A stretch of DNA of 64,000 nucleotides from Eledone cirrhosa (GCA_964016885.1 OZ024752.1:9672001-9736000); one strand, 5' to 3'; shown: positions 39,402 to 52,745, numbered from the stretch's first letter. Numbers and translations are program-made. Notes: generated from the letters alone by a model not told the origin.

Positions 39402-39850
39402 GATGGTGGTGGTGGTAGTATGGTTGTAGCGGTGGTAGTATTGTGATGGTGGTGGTAGTGGTGGTATTGTGATGGTGGTGGTAGTGGTGGTATTGGGATG
39501 GTGGTGGTATTGTTGTGATGGTGGTGGTGGTAGTAGTATGGTGATGGTGGTGGTATTGTTGTGATGGTGGTGGTGGTAGTAGTATGGTGATGGTGGTGGT
39601 ATTGTTGTGGTGGTGGTATTGTGATGGTGGTGGTGGTATTGTTGTGGTGGTGGTATTGTTGTGGTGGTATTGTTGTTGGTATTGTTGTTGTTGTGGTGGT
39701 GAGGGTGGGGGTAGTATGGTGATGGTGGTAGTATGGTGATGGTAGTGGTTTTGTTGTGATGGTGATGGTAGTGGTAGTGTTGTTGTTGGTTGATGGCAGG
39801 GTAGAGAATATTGTGATGATGATGATGATGGTGGTGGTGGAGGTGGTAGT
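39402..39850. repeat. Degenerate trinucleotide repeat (GGT/GAT/TGT/AGT)
   Basis: Seen directly; source of the His/Thr/Pro pseudo-ORFs. Confidence 0.95.
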
Positions 39851-40267
39851 TGAGGAATAAAAAAGGGGGCGATCGTGTTTGAAACATTTTGATAAAAGTT
39901 CTGGTAAATCGAGGCTAAATGGGAGCTAATAATGCACAACATTTTGAAATAAGGATCTGTCTTCAGATCTACCTGACTGATGTTAATGCAGCAGATACCG
40001 GTAGCCTGGTCATGGTTATCTGCCTTTTCGAAGCTAACTTCCAGTTATGAGACTTAGGCAGCTTGAATAAAGCAGAATCTTATATGCTGTAAGGCTGCCC
40101 TCGATGGTCACCAAGTGTAGAACACTGGGTGAATGTAGTTTCTAGATCGGTTGCCACAGTGTTGATTGGATTTTAAGATACTGGCATTGGTGTAGTGTCG
40201 GATATTCATACTGCTCCCATCATTAAGGTGTCTGTATGCCTTATGAACATTATTATGAAGAATATAC

Positions 40268-40475
40268 TGACTGAGAGTTCCCTGAATTTGGATGTAATAG
40301 TATCTGCATACCTGGTCCTGATTTCCTTATCCACCAATACTTCCCACTTTATCCTGTAGGTCCTTCTGGACCTAACAGTTTTGTGGGCTTCTGTGGTTTT
40401 AGATAGTCTCAAGTTAGATTGTGATCAGTTGGCAGCACATCGCCTCTCTTAACACGAAAATCCAGCACAGAATCG
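40268..40475 (-). mobile_element. RTE-clade LINE fragment (end of the AP-endonuclease domain)
   Basis: VLDFRVKRGDVLPTDHNL..RIKWEVL. Confidence 0.7.
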
Positions 40476-40591
40476 AAGAAGAAGAAAAAAAGAAGAAGAA
40501 AAAAGGAAAAGAAGAAAAAGGATAAAAATAAAAATATACTGAATGCATTTTGTGCAAGAATAATCGCTTTTTTATGCGGATTGAAGGTACT

Positions 40592-40918
40592 TGGCTTAGT
40601 GGTTAGAGAATTGGGGTTGAAGTTGAGAGGTTGTGAGTTCGTTTCTCGGACCGGGTGATGTGTTGTGTCCTTGAGCAAGACACTTTATTTCACGTTGCTC
40701 CAGTTAACTCAGCTGTGAGAAATGAGTTGCGACGTCACTTGTGCTAAGTTTTATCGGCCATTGCCTTTCTCTTGGACAACATCAGTGGCGTGGAGAGGGG
40801 AGACTGGTATACATGGGTGACAGCTGGTCTTCCATAAACAACCTTGCCTGGATGTGTGCCTTGGGGGGGGGGGGACTTTCTAGGTACAAAACCATGGCCA
40901 TTCCTGACCTAGGGGGGC
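40592..40918 (+). mobile_element. CORE-like SINE family 2 (long form)
   Basis: tRNA head plus core; homologous to 47076-47410. Confidence 0.88.
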
Positions 40919-41007
40919 CATAGATGCGGATTGCTATCGGGAGGTCTTCTAGATTTTTTGATGGTTCTGGTTTATCACGTAGACTCTAGTGTTTCTGGGT
41001 GACTGAT

Positions 41008-41045
<38 letters not shown>

Positions 41046-41119
41046 TATTTCGTCAAACCGGACCGCGGAAATAATGTTTCCATTGGTCTTTCCAATCGCT
41101 AATACTATCTATCGGTCAC

Positions 41120-41225
41120 AACCCCAGGTAGAAGGAGCAACGTGAAATAAAGTGTCTTGCTCAAGAACATAACGCATCACGCGGCCGTTATTCGAACTGA
41201 CAACCTCACGATTGCGAATCCAATT
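41120..41225 (-). mobile_element. SINE family 2 fragment
   Basis: GGAGCAACGTGAAATAAAGTGTCTTGCTCAAG. Confidence 0.75.
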
Positions 41226-41269
41226 CTCAGAGAATACCCAGAGAACATCAAAAATGCTCCTGTAGAGTC

Positions 41270-41670
41270 AAAAGTGAACGCCCATTACAAGGTAAATGCA
41301 ACACCAAAGCCATTGTATATGAGGATAAAGTGACAACCACCAGCAACAACCAACCAGCCACCAGCGAACGATATGTGGGTATGACACAAGACAAATTCAA
41401 AACGCATTATTACTCACAGGTCGCATCTTTCCGACATTCTGAAAAAAGATTTACAACAGCTCTGGCTAGCAGAATATGGGATTTGAAAGACCAAGGTATC
41501 CAATATAAATTAGATTGGTCAATTTTGAACCAATCTAAAGAATATGCAAGAGGAACAATAAGATGCACTCCGCATAAGTGAAAAATATTGGATTTTACAG
41601 AACCTTAAATCACCTAAATGCAAAAACAGAAATGTTCACCAGTTGCCCACACATGAAATAACACTTGCTT
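41270..41670 (+). pseudogene. PLE GIY-YIG endonuclease fragment
   Basis: PLQGKCNTKAIVY..YVGMT..FKTHY..H..ALASRIWDLK..W.IL..Y..C pattern. Confidence 0.8.
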
Positions 41671-42288
41671 TCCAGCTCATATAAACTTAACTCACTTTCA
41701 GATACTTATCCTCCATAAACTCTTGTTCTTCACTTTCCTTAACTTACCTTCTTTACAGACTTCTCTTTCTGATTTATTTTTATTTTTACTTAACATCCAT
41801 TAGGGACCCACCCATGCTTTTTGATTCACTTACTTTATATCTTCACAATTTTACATATTTTACTTCCCCCTTTTCTTTCACTACCTGATATGACATTTCA
41901 CTTGTGTTTTTAACTTCAGATATATTCTGTTGTATTCTTTTATGTATGTTTACTTGCGTATATCTTGTACCCATTTATTCATACGGCTGCTTTTTATATA
42001 TGTATGTATGCGTGTATGTGTGCATATATGTGTATACGTGATTGTATATGTATACGAATGCTTTCGTATGTGTGCGTTAATGTGTATATGTGTGTGTATA
42101 TGTGCTTTTACGTCTATGTTTTTTACATACACATATATATATATATATATGGTCGCATGCATGCGTGTGACTAGATGTACATGTATGTATATATATGTGT
42201 ATATATGTATATCGTGTGTATGTATGCGTGTTTTTAAATGTATGTAATGTACTGGTGAATTGCTGGCCTTGTGCCAAACGCAGAAACA

Positions 42289-42360
42289 ATTATATATATT
42301 TCGAAGATGTAAAGTTTTCTCTATAATATAAAGCAAAATATGTTCTCCTCAGACAAAATA
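42289..42360 (-). ncRNA. Family G-like hammerhead with its 3' stem I strand replaced by a SINE tail
   Basis: TATTTTGT-CTGAGGA-GAA..TTC-GAAA-TATATA-TA-AT|SINE. Confidence 0.62.
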
Positions 42361-42399
42361 TATCGTAAACTGGACAGATCGATGACCATATATTCCTTA

Positions 42400-42632
42400 C
42401 GATCATAATATTGTGGGTTCGATTGCTAGATTGCCTGGTGTATCGTATTTTTGAGCAAAATACTTCATTTTACGCTGCTCTAATACACTAAGCTTAAACG
42501 AAGTGGGTATCAGCAAGAGCTGGGAGTTTAATCCTGTGATGGACTGGCGTCCTGTCCAGAGAGTAGTCTTGTACTCTCAGTCGTTTCACGCCACGGAGAC
42601 TGGGATAATGCTCGGCTTGATGAGGCAAACCT
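42400..42632 (+). mobile_element. Older CORE-like SINE
   Basis: Related to 24971-25250. Confidence 0.7.
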
Positions 42633-42661
42633 TTGACATATATATATATATATATATATAT

Positions 42662-42852
42662 AAGTTTATCCCGGGTTCAATCGGGGGTAACCACAGTAAG
42701 TAATGTACTCAATACAAAGCAGAGTATAAATATTTAATATAGAAAAGGCTTCTACAGAACTAGAACTGTTTCATTCGGGAGAAATCATCGGGGCTTCCTG
42801 ATGATTTCTCCCGAATGAAACAGTTCTAGACCTGTAGAAGCCTTTTCTATAT

Positions 42853-42853
<1 letters not shown>
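42662..42853. mobile_element. Family B fold-back insert in (TA)n
   Basis: Arms 42737-42789 / 42799-42853. Confidence 0.88.
42792..42842 (+). ncRNA. Type I hammerhead ribozyme (family B), cleavage after GUA at 42836
   Basis: GGCTTC-CTGATGA-T TTC TCCC GAA T-GAAA-CAG TTCTAGAC CTG-TA-GAAGCC. Confidence 0.87.
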
Positions 42854-42883
<30 letters not shown>

Positions 42884-43290
42884 GTGTTAGAAAGAGACGG
42901 GGAACGACAATTGGGCTTTTGCCGTCGCAATAGACAGTTCCAGTCTGGAACTAGCTATTGAAATTAGGGTTGTATGATTTCTTACATAAGATATATAACA
43001 CAAAACATTTGGCAGGCTGCCAGGATGAACATTTAGTGGATTTACAAATTAATTCTGAATTACATTTTACAGTTTATGTTGTTGAAATAATTTATCACAT
43101 GTAAGTTATTATTCAATTAGATGACACTTGTGGCCAGGTTTGGATATAGACCTTGGGGTACTCGGAGCACTTCAGGTTAGGGGCGGCCCTTCATACACAA
43201 ACAAATAGAATACAAAGGAAACACCCCAATTTTATATATCAAAGTTAGCTTGACGCAAGTAATTGGAATTGAAGAGATGTACATTGTGAA

Positions 43291-43405
43291 GACGTGTGGC
43301 TGAGTGGTTAGAGAATTTGAGTCGCAATCGTGAGGTTGTGAGTTCGATTCCTGGACTAGGTGATGCGTTAAGTCTTTGAGCAAGACACTTTATTTCACGT
43401 TGTTC
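43291..43405 (+). mobile_element. 3'-truncated SINE family 2
   Basis: tRNA head plus start of core. Confidence 0.8.
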
Positions 43406-43574
43406 AACCTACCTGGAGTTGCAACCTATAGAGTGTATTAGCAATCGGAACGACCAAAGCAAACATTGTTTCCTCGGTTCGATTTGACGAAAGTCGATCG
43501 ACTGTCGATACATACAGATATTAAATTCAAAAACTTTCTCCATCCTAAAACTAAAACGTCCAGCCGAGGGAACA

Positions 43575-43668
43575 AATACATTACTACCACATTCGTTGGT
43601 GGGGGCCCCCAGTGCAGCGGCCCCAGGGCAGTTTCCCCCTTTGCCCCTCCCCATTAATTACGGCTCTG
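43575..43668. mobile_element. End of a hAT-like non-autonomous element
   Basis: GGGGGCCCCC..GCCCCAGGGC..TAATTACGGCTCTG terminus. Confidence 0.45.
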
Positions 43669-43978
43669 TTTGTGGCTTGTCACATTTTAGAGTTGGTGTT
43701 TCTGGCTCAATATAGTCGTGCACCTTTATGATGAGTTTATCTCTCTATATCTCCTAAACGTTTGTTTATGGCGCTTTTGTTTTAGATGTGGTTAGTGTCT
43801 GGCTAGACAACCAGTTCTGTTTTCTAATTGTACACTTGTTAGTTCTTCTGCTTCGCTGATTATTCTTGTGTGTAAGATGGTGTATTTTCTTTTTTTTTTG
43901 GGGGGGGGGAGCATGATATTCATTGGTATTGGAGACTGTTGCTTCTGATAGGGCGACCTCGCGGACTCTGTCCTCACC

Positions 43979-44312
43979 AAAAAGAAGAGAAAGAAGAAGA
44001 AAAAAGAAAAAGTAAAAGAAGAAAAAAAAGAAAAAGAAAAAGAAAAAGAAAAAGAAAAAGGAAAAAAAGTAAAAGAAAAAAAACAGAAAAAGGAAAAGAA
44101 AATAAGAAAAAAGGAAAGACAAAAGAAAAGGAGAAAAGAAAAAGGGAAAAGAAAAAAAAAAGAAAAAAGAAAAAAAAAGAAAAAGAAAGAAGAAAAAGAA
44201 AAAGGTAAAGAAGAAAAAGGTAAAGAAGAAAAAGGTAAAGAAGAAAAAGATAAAGAAAAAAAAGCAAAAAAAAGAAAAACAAGAAAAAGAAGATAAAGAA
44301 GAAGAAAAACAA
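43979..44312. repeat. A/G-rich low-complexity tract
   Basis: Seen directly. Confidence 0.95.
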
Positions 44313-44625
44313 TATATGATAATCCGTTATTAAATATGTTATGGTTGTTTTTTCCTGGTGTAGCCTACAGGTTGTTTGCTTTGTCTGCAAATATAAATGT
44401 ATTTATGGACGTTCCAAACATTTATGATGTGATATGGGTTTTTATTTGGAATCAATCTGGATTATGTATTCCAAGTATTATGCTGTTGATAATATAGGAA
44501 TGGTTTTTTTCGTAGAATATCATAATACAATTTGTTTCAAGTTCAGTTTCGTTCTCAATTCATAGAAAGGCAAATGGAGATGGACAGGAACCCGTCTCGG
44601 AGGAGATATTTAGCAGGTTCAAACG

Positions 44626-45128
44626 ATGGCAGTATCGGTAGAGCGTCGGACACCATGCTTCGCAGCATTGAGGTACACTCCTTTACGTTCTGAGTTCAAA
44701 TCCCGCCAAGCTTAGCTTTGCCTTTCATCCTTACGAGGTCGATAAAATAAAGCACCAGTAATTCACTGGGGTTGATTTAATCAACATTCCGCCCCCCTTA
44801 AAATTGCTGGCCTTGTACCTAAAGTAGAAACAATTATATTTTGAGAGAATGGGAAAGCGGACATTTAATAAATATATAACATATGCTTTATATAACTGAA
44901 TTTTCCTTCTCGATATTCGAGGTCCGTCACATAAGAAGTGATAATATAATAATTGTCTCTACTTTTGGCACAAGGCCAGCAATTATCCCAGTGTATTACT
45001 GGTACTTTATTTTATCGACCCCTTAAGGATGAAAGGCAAAGTTAACCTCGGCGGGATTTGAACTCAGTCCGAAAAGGGACGTAACTGTGCTGCAAAGCAT
45101 GGCGTCCGACCCTCTACCGATACTGCAA
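44626..45128. mobile_element. Two SINE family 1 copies, tail to tail (44626-44836 +; 44948-45128 -)
   Basis: Consensus matches. Confidence 0.88.
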
Positions 45129-46490
45129 TATAATAATAATGAAATTATTGTTTACAGTGCTCAGGGCAACTAAAATTCATCAAAGGTGCATGTATAGTGC
45201 ATAGTATAATGTACAAATGTCAGGAAATTGAACAGTGTATGAGTCATGATAATTTTGATATGAACAAGCTGACTTTGCAACAACTATGTTACCACAAGAC
45301 ACTGACAGATTGGACATTTTAATATGCTAAAGTACATTGAAATAAAGTGGGATGATAACTGTCACAATTATTCTGCTTGATTTTAATCTGTATCCATTTC
45401 TGAATTAGATGTAATTATAAACAGTCACGATGTTAGGGGAAAGTAAATACAGAATTGTATTATATTGCTGATACGATATCAGAGGTGCCAACCTTTGTTA
45501 GCAAGTTTCAATCATATTCTTTATTGTTGTCATGTAATATTATATCAGCTTCACTGATTATATTTAAATGATATAGTGATACGTCTCAGTATCCTTGTTG
45601 TTTAATATCTCAGCACAGAAATTGAACCCCAAACAGCTAAGTCACATCGTAAACGTAAAAAAATACACTCGCACACATATATATATATCTAAACTCTTAC
45701 ATCGATACATAAACATTCTTTGAAACAACAACAAAAACTAAAACAGAGTCCACAAGGAACATAAAAAGACACTTGACCAAGAAAATATATCTGTAGGTCA
45801 ACTGTTGATTCACACTATAACCACTATCAAAAGAAGACATTACTATTTAATAACAGCAGTCAATACTTCATTTATACATTCCTTCTTGCTAAGAACTAGC
45901 AGACGATAAACAAAGCACTTGAACTACAAAGCATATATATAATAAGAATAAGAATAAACAGCAACCATTGCTGATCGGGTCGATAGTAGATGCTTACTAT
46001 ATCCACGTTGAAAAATAACACTCACTATAAGTCAGTCAACTTCAACACAATATAATAAGAATAGTTTAGATCAAACGTTCATTGACACATTCCTACAAGC
46101 TAAAAACTAGCAGACCTTAAACCAACTGCATAAAGAAACCTGCATATTCTGAATAAGATATAAGATATGAGAAACAAAATATAAAATAACATCAGTATTA
46201 AAGATGGCTGCAACCTAAGAAATATTGATACCAATATCTGAATGAATAATAGCGTCGAAAATAATGTCTAGCTTGCCAAATATGTGTGTGAGTGTACATA
46301 TGTTCAGATATATCTGTAAGGGGTTTCGGCAGTTTCTTAGCTTCCTTTTCTTATACAAACAATTCATCCTATTGGAACGTATCTGGTTCATGAGTTCCAT
46401 CCACCTTGAAAATGGTCGAGGTTTTTCAAGTTTATTCAGGTTCTATTTACCCTTTCTTTGTTTTGAAGGTTTTTATAGTTATAGTAGATA

Positions 46491-46730
46491 CCAGCACAAT
46501 GGCTCGGCGTTGCTCGGGGTTTGCTCTAGGGTTCTTATATATTTGATATATATTTATCCTTATCGAGGCTCGCGAAATAAATACGTTTGTTTATATATAT
46601 ATATATATATATTAAAATAACAGATTAAAGTTTAAGCAAGGAATCGCTGCTTTCAGCCTTAACGGGATCTTCTGAAACTAAAAAAAAATCAATCTGTGAA
46701 CGCAGAAGTAAATATTTCGAAAAACATTAC

Positions 46731-46792
<62 letters not shown>

Positions 46793-47075
46793 GATAACGA
46801 CGTCATAATGTCCTAATGCAGACATCAGACATGCCGACAGATATTATAAGGGCGCAACGTTATATCTATGTATCTATCTAAAAAGAAAGACTAAGAATTA
46901 TAGAGAGAGATCGCTAAATGGCCTAATGCGGTCCCTTGGGCGTTGAAAATTTGAAATATATTTCGCTCAAAACACTCACAGGACCATAAGTATTACATGT
47001 TTAAAGCTTGAAAACAATCGGTTTGGTAGTTCTCGAGTTTTAGGGAGTCAGACAGACAGACAGTCAGACAGAGAG
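46491..47075 (-). mobile_element. Non-autonomous Helitron with nested family D fragments
   Basis: 46820-47070 is the reverse complement of 3335-3580; 3' hairpin CCCCGAGCAACGCCGAG plus CTGG at 46491-46519. Confidence 0.7.
46629..46679 (-). ncRNA. Hammerhead motif with A4 core variant (family D), CUU site
   Basis: AGTTT-CAGAAGA-TCCCGTTAAGGCT-GAAA-GCA..TGC-TT-AAACT. Confidence 0.72.
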
Positions 47076-47410
47076 AAGTGCATAGCTTAGTGGTTAGAGC
47101 ATTATGCTTGCAATCGATAGGTTATGAGTTCGATTCTCGGACCGGTTGATGAGTTGCATCCTTCAGCAAGACACTTTAGTTCATGTTGTTCCAGTTCACT
47201 CAGATGTAGAAATGAGTCGTGACGTCACTGGTGTCAAGCGGTATCGACCATTGCCTTTCCCTTGGACATCATCGGTGGCGTGGAGATGAGAGATTGGTAT
47301 ACATGGGTGACTACTGGTCTTTCACAAACAACCTTGCCCAGGCTTGTGCCTCGGAAGCGAAACTTTCTAGGTGCAAATCCTATTGTCATTCTTGACCGAA
47401 GAGTGTCTTT
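47076..47410 (+). mobile_element. CORE-like SINE family 2 (long form)
   Basis: Homologous to 40592-40918. Confidence 0.88.
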
Positions 47411-48195
47411 GCCTTTTTATACGAAATAGAGTCCTGAAACAGTGAGATTATTTACAATAGCCATAACATGAATACAGCAATCAACATTATCCTGAGCGGA
47501 GGAATATGTGAAGAAGTGAACAAGGTTAAAGTGTCAGGGACTATTTCGACTCGATCATCGAATGTTGCTGTTTATTCTTATACTTATTGCAAAACAGTAA
47601 TTGTTTCTATTTTAGGCACAAGGCCAGCAATTACCCAGTACATTACTGGTACTTATAAAACAGTAATGTTTAACAATAAGATAGATACCAGATAGATGCA
47701 ACATGACACAGAGTGTGACAAGGATTGGCCTTTGATTTGATTCTCAGATACAACTTTTCCTTATCAGATGAGTGTATGGAAACAACGTGATATAATGTCT
47801 TGATGAAGGACAGAACGCGGCCACAAAAATTGGATATTCGAGATTAATATCGTGAATCGAGAAGCATTATCGCTAAGCCACGTGCTTTCAATACTAAACA
47901 CACACACATACACGCATACATACAAACACGCAGACACACACACATACAAATGCGCACACACATACACATAAACACACACAAACACACACATACAAGCACA
48001 TACAAGCACTAACAAGCACGCACGCACACAAACACACACACTTAAGTATATGTTCAGATAAGCGTGCATATATATAATTTGTAATATATATTTATTTATC
48101 TACATAAAATTTGTAAACAAGAAATTCGAAATTTTAAATTTTCGATAAATTTTCTGTGCAAGATTATTATATTAAAATCATATCTTTCAGATTTT

Positions 48196-48309
<114 letters not shown>

Positions 48310-48403
48310 CTCTCTCTATATATATATATATAGACATTTATCTATATCTATCTATCTAAATATATATTTATCTATTTGTTACTTTTTTACTCTTTTATCT
48401 GTT

Positions 48404-48452
<49 letters not shown>

Positions 48453-48984
48453 TATATAGAGAGAGAGATTTATAAAACAGTTAATATCACTTTACAATTT
48501 TATTTCAATCCCACTCCATTGAAAATAATCTATTTATTGATTGAAGATAAGTTAATTCGAATTAATGGAGGTGTCACAGAGATATGAAGATTTTAAGCGA
48601 AGATAAGATATATTAAATTTATATGGCAACAACGGATTCGTGGAGAACTCTAAGAATAACATGTTACAAAATTTAAGTGTATATAATGTATCATTATATC
48701 TTTATTATTCATATATATATATATATAACGGCGATGAATTAGTTTTGCGAGGTTTTTGATATGAAATCGTGTGTCGAAACAAATATTGTTATACTTGGGG
48801 AGGGTCATATTTGTGTAATAATATTGCCAGAATTAATAACAGAACACACTCACTGTTTGGTTGGTTTTCGCTTCTGTGTCCTTTATATCGGTTAATTTAA
48901 TTTATTCGGTCCTCAATGTTACCATTGACTGACCAACGGTAAAAAATACAGATACAATATAGACACAAACACATATATATATAG

Positions 48985-49031
48985 TCTAACAAAGCTCTTT
49001 CGTTGCACGTCTGCAACATCGTCAGTGGTGC
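48985..49031 (-). ncRNA. Hammerhead motif in PLE 3' terminus (family F); core intact, stem I decayed
   Basis: GCACCA-CTGACGA-T GTTGCA GACG TGCAAC-GAAA-GAGCT-T-TGTT. Confidence 0.72.
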
Positions 49032-49319
49032 TATTATGTTTCCTCTCATTGCATTGTATGCCGACGCCATCTTTATTTAGTCTGTTTATTTATTTATTTA
49101 TTTGTTTATTTTTTTTGTCTTCTCTGCGCATGCGTTTGCGTGTGTGTATAGTGTTTTGTTTGATGTGTGTTCGTGTTTGGGTAACTGCGTATTGGTTATT
49201 GTATTGTATCTTAGTTTACTAGTGTGTGTTTATATGTGTTTGTTGTTATTGTGATTGTGTATGTATTTATTTATTTATACTTCTCTTAGGTCAGTGTTGT
49301 TTGTTTGGGTGTTGTTGTT

Positions 49320-51660
49320 ATTCCATTCACTTTTTTCTGTTTAGCCTTGGCCTTCTAAGTTCTATTTCGCTGGCCTCTCTGATTTGCCTATCTGCTGGGT
49401 CATTTCTATGTTTAGATATTATTCTAATTTCTATGTTGTCTATGTTACCGTCGTGTTGTTGTCTGGCATGTTCGTATAGTACTGAACTGTTTTTTCGTCC
49501 TTTTAGTTACACCCAGTGTTGGTCTATCCTTTCACCTATGCTACGAACTGTCCCACCTATGTATGTTGTTGTCATGTTTCTGCAAGTACCCTCTGTACAT
49601 CTTATGCTATAGACTACGTTTCTAGTTTTGCAGTTTATCCGGGGGTTTACTTTATATATGATACATTTCCTATTAGTACAGTGGGTTTTCTTAAAAGGGT
49701 AGGTTTTGCTGATCAGGGATTTTATGGTGGTTCCTGGCTTTTCTACCACCTTAATCTTTAAGTGGGTCTTTCTCAGGGCATTTCTACACTGGTTAGCTAA
49801 TTTCCCTCCGGGGCTATCATCCACAAACATGACACTCTGGTATCTCTGGTTGTCGAACCATGATGTGGCTTTCCCTATCTTATGTCTAGTCCTATCTAAG
49901 CTATTCCATGATTTTGCTCATGTATAATAGGCAAATTCCTTTCATGTCCAGTTCTATGAGGGTCTTATACTTTTACATGGCTCCTTGGTATAATCTGATC
50001 CTGTCTCTTTGGTTGTAGCCAGAGAACTGCATGCGGTTGATGAAGTGTTGGATGTGTCTTTCCATTTCTGTTGGGTCGCACATGCAGGATACGTTCTTCA
50101 TCACTCGTACCAAATCTCCAAGTCTGCGATCAGAATATTAAACTTAGCACTACTGGATATTGCTGAGTTTTTGAGTATCAGGTATTTGGAGGCCATGGGT
50201 TTAGCATAGTGTGAGTGGAGAATGTGGGCTCTCTCGTATATAGTGTTATTCCAGAGTTCCGTGTCTAATACAGGTAGTCTATTGTTAGGGTGTTTGGAAG
50301 GGTAGTCGATAGTTACAGTTATACTCTGGTGTATGGAATTGCTGGATCCTTTCCATTGTGCTACGTTCTAAATCAAACTTGTTAGTACTCTCTTGTGGGG
50401 ATGTACTTATTACTATATTGATGTCGTCTACGTAACGAGAGTACAAGATGAGGTCTATGGAGCTCTCATCAAGGAGATCTTTGAGTCTCCTTTGCCACCA
50501 AACCATAAAAAGGTTGGCAACGTCACCAGCTATGCTGACGCCAATGGCTGCTCCCTCATTTTGGGTGTAGATCTCGTTAAACTTGAATATGTGGCCCTTT
50601 AAAGTAGTTTTAATACTAGCCCCTATTGCATGTGCGACCATTTTTCTCACCTGATCATTGTTTTGGGGGTCCGTATAGCTTTGGTCCACCCAATCCACCT
50701 TCCTATGGGAGTCTTTTTTGCCATTGAGGTTATGGTGGGGGGTCTACATCTTATGGGTCTACTGGGGCAGAAACGTCTAAGGTCATGGCTGTCTAGGTAG
50801 TCAGTGTCGTAGGTAAGTCTAAGTAGGAGGCCCAGTTCGTCTGTGTCGACGTCGCAGAACTTCACCTCACTCTCAATGATCATCTCCACACATGTTTCAT
50901 GTTAATGAATGGATACAGTGATACCACATCCATACTGCCTATTATGCAGTTGGATAGGTTCCTGTTTTTGTTGCACTCACTGATTCTGCTGAGGAGGTCC
51001 TCTGTACTGTCACATACATCTGGGGACATCTTGATTATGGGGCGTATAACCATTGAGAGGTAGTAGGCGATCCTTGCTAGCTATATTTGCTCCGCATACA
51101 GGTCTTGGTGGTCCTGTTGTCGGGTCGTCGACTGTCTTGTGGTATTTGCGGAGCTCATACAAAGGTGGTATGCCATTGTTAGACGGCTGTAAGTTGTTGG
51201 CAGTGCACCTGCTTGGCTTTAGGATGTCGGTCCACATCATCATGTGAGCGTTGAGGATTTTCTCTCTCCCATCATGTATATGCTGTGCAATTTCGCTCGT
51301 GTTGGTGATGTGGGGTTGCATAGCCTCGATGTAGTTCGGCATGCTGTCTATTGACATCCTACCAGACTTATCCGTAGGTAGACATACTACCTCACAATCC
51401 CTTGTGCGCTGCTTGAGGCTAACCAAGCCTCTTACAGGTTTCCTCCCAAGTTGTTGGGCTTCTGGTTTGCTCTGTCTCTTAGTATACCGGTCTACTATAT
51501 GTTTAATCTTATTTCTAGCTATGGTGAACTGTGCCTCTGTCTCGTCATCTATTTGTTGTGGTATGCAAACCCTTTTATTAAAGGGTAACCTCGTAGGATA
51601 GATATTACCCATCTTATATCTTTTGTCAGTTGGCTTGAAGAATAGTTTTTCTAAGGTGTT
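49320..51660 (-). pseudogene. PLE reverse transcriptase / GIY-YIG endonuclease, disrupted by frameshifts and stops
   Basis: TDKSG; PPLY.L.K.HK..RPV; GAAIGVSIAGDVANLFM; YSRYVDDI; Cys-rich linker; NCKTRNVVYSIRC..YIGGTVRSIGERIDQH; SVLYEHARQQH. Confidence 0.92.
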
Positions 51661-51949
51661 GTCATTATATCTATCGTCATAGTAGCATTATTATTATTGT
51701 TATGATTGCTAGATGTATTGTTGCTGTGATTGTTAGATGTATTGTTGTTGTTTTCTCCACCGTTATTGTTGCTGTTACTGTTATTTCTACCATTGTGGTT
51801 GTTACTTTTCTTATGTTTCTTGTTTTTGTTGTTGTTGTGTCTATCATTAATGTTGCTACATATATTATTTCTATTATTACCACTATGGTTGTTGTTGTTG
51901 TTGTTACTCGTATTGTTACCGTTAATACTACTGTGGTCGCTGCATGTAC

Positions 51950-52021
<72 letters not shown>

Positions 52022-52169
52022 AAATATATATATGTAATTAATAATAAGTTTGTATCTAAGTGTTCTATGTAGTCTTGACAAATCCATGTGATATGTCAGT
52101 TTTCGTAAATCAGAAAAATAGATAAGAATACACAAGAAAACAATACATTTCAAAAAAAAAAAATTAGTA

Positions 52170-52341
52170 CAGTGAAATTCCGTCATAACGAAGTTCACGA
52201 GGTATAAAAACATTCGTTGTAACGAAAATTATTTTATAATAAGATCGACCTAACACATCGAGCGTGTGGCCGGGGATTGAAAAAAATTCGTTATACTGAA
52301 AAATTCGTTAAAATGGTGTTCTTATAACAGAATTTTACCTG
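52170..52341. mobile_element. Tc1/pogo-type MITE with TA target duplication
   Basis: TA|CAGTGAAATTCCGTCATAACGAA ... TTCTTATAACAGAATTTTACCTG|TA. Confidence 0.8.
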
Positions 52342-52343
52342 TA

Positions 52344-52603
52344 GGATGCCATGCTTTGCAGGATATAGTTACGGCCCTTTACGGTCTGAGTTCAAATCCC
52401 GCCGAGGTTAACTTTGCCTTTCATCCCTACGGGGTCGATGAAATAAAGTACCAGTAATGTATTGGGTAATTGCTGGCCTTGTGCCAAAAGTAGAAACAAT
52501 TATATCTGGTAGTATCGGTAGAGGTTCGGACGCCAAGAACTGCAGCACAGAGTTACAGCCCTTTATGATCTGAGTACAAATCCCGCCGAGGATAACTTTG
52601 CCT
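52344..52603 (+). mobile_element. Two partial SINE family 1 copies
   Basis: Consensus matches. Confidence 0.85.
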
Positions 52604-52621
52604 TTTATATATATATATACA

Positions 52622-52745
52622 TGATGAAGGAGTTGTGGTAAGGAACGAGATGGAGCATAACGCACCAGAGTACTCAATACTGAGTCCAGAAATAACCGTC
52701 GAAACGGCTTGAGCACTGCCGTCGGGGTCATACAGTTTCTTAATA
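52622..52745. mobile_element. Family A insert with inverted junction (terminus reversed, HHR 3' half forward)
   Basis: GAAGGAGTTGTGGTAAGG..ATACTTGAG|TCCAGAAATAACCGTCGAAACGGC..GCCGTCGGGGTC. Confidence 0.82.

Larger units (their letters stand above)
48727..51660 (-). mobile_element. Penelope-like retroelement (family F master-type copy), 3' end in (TA)n
   Basis: RT plus C-terminal GIY-YIG ORF followed by a 3' terminus with an HHR motif. Confidence 0.9.

Noticed and set aside
39348-39942. His/Pro/Thr-rich ORFs
   Set aside because: Degenerate trinucleotide microsatellite.
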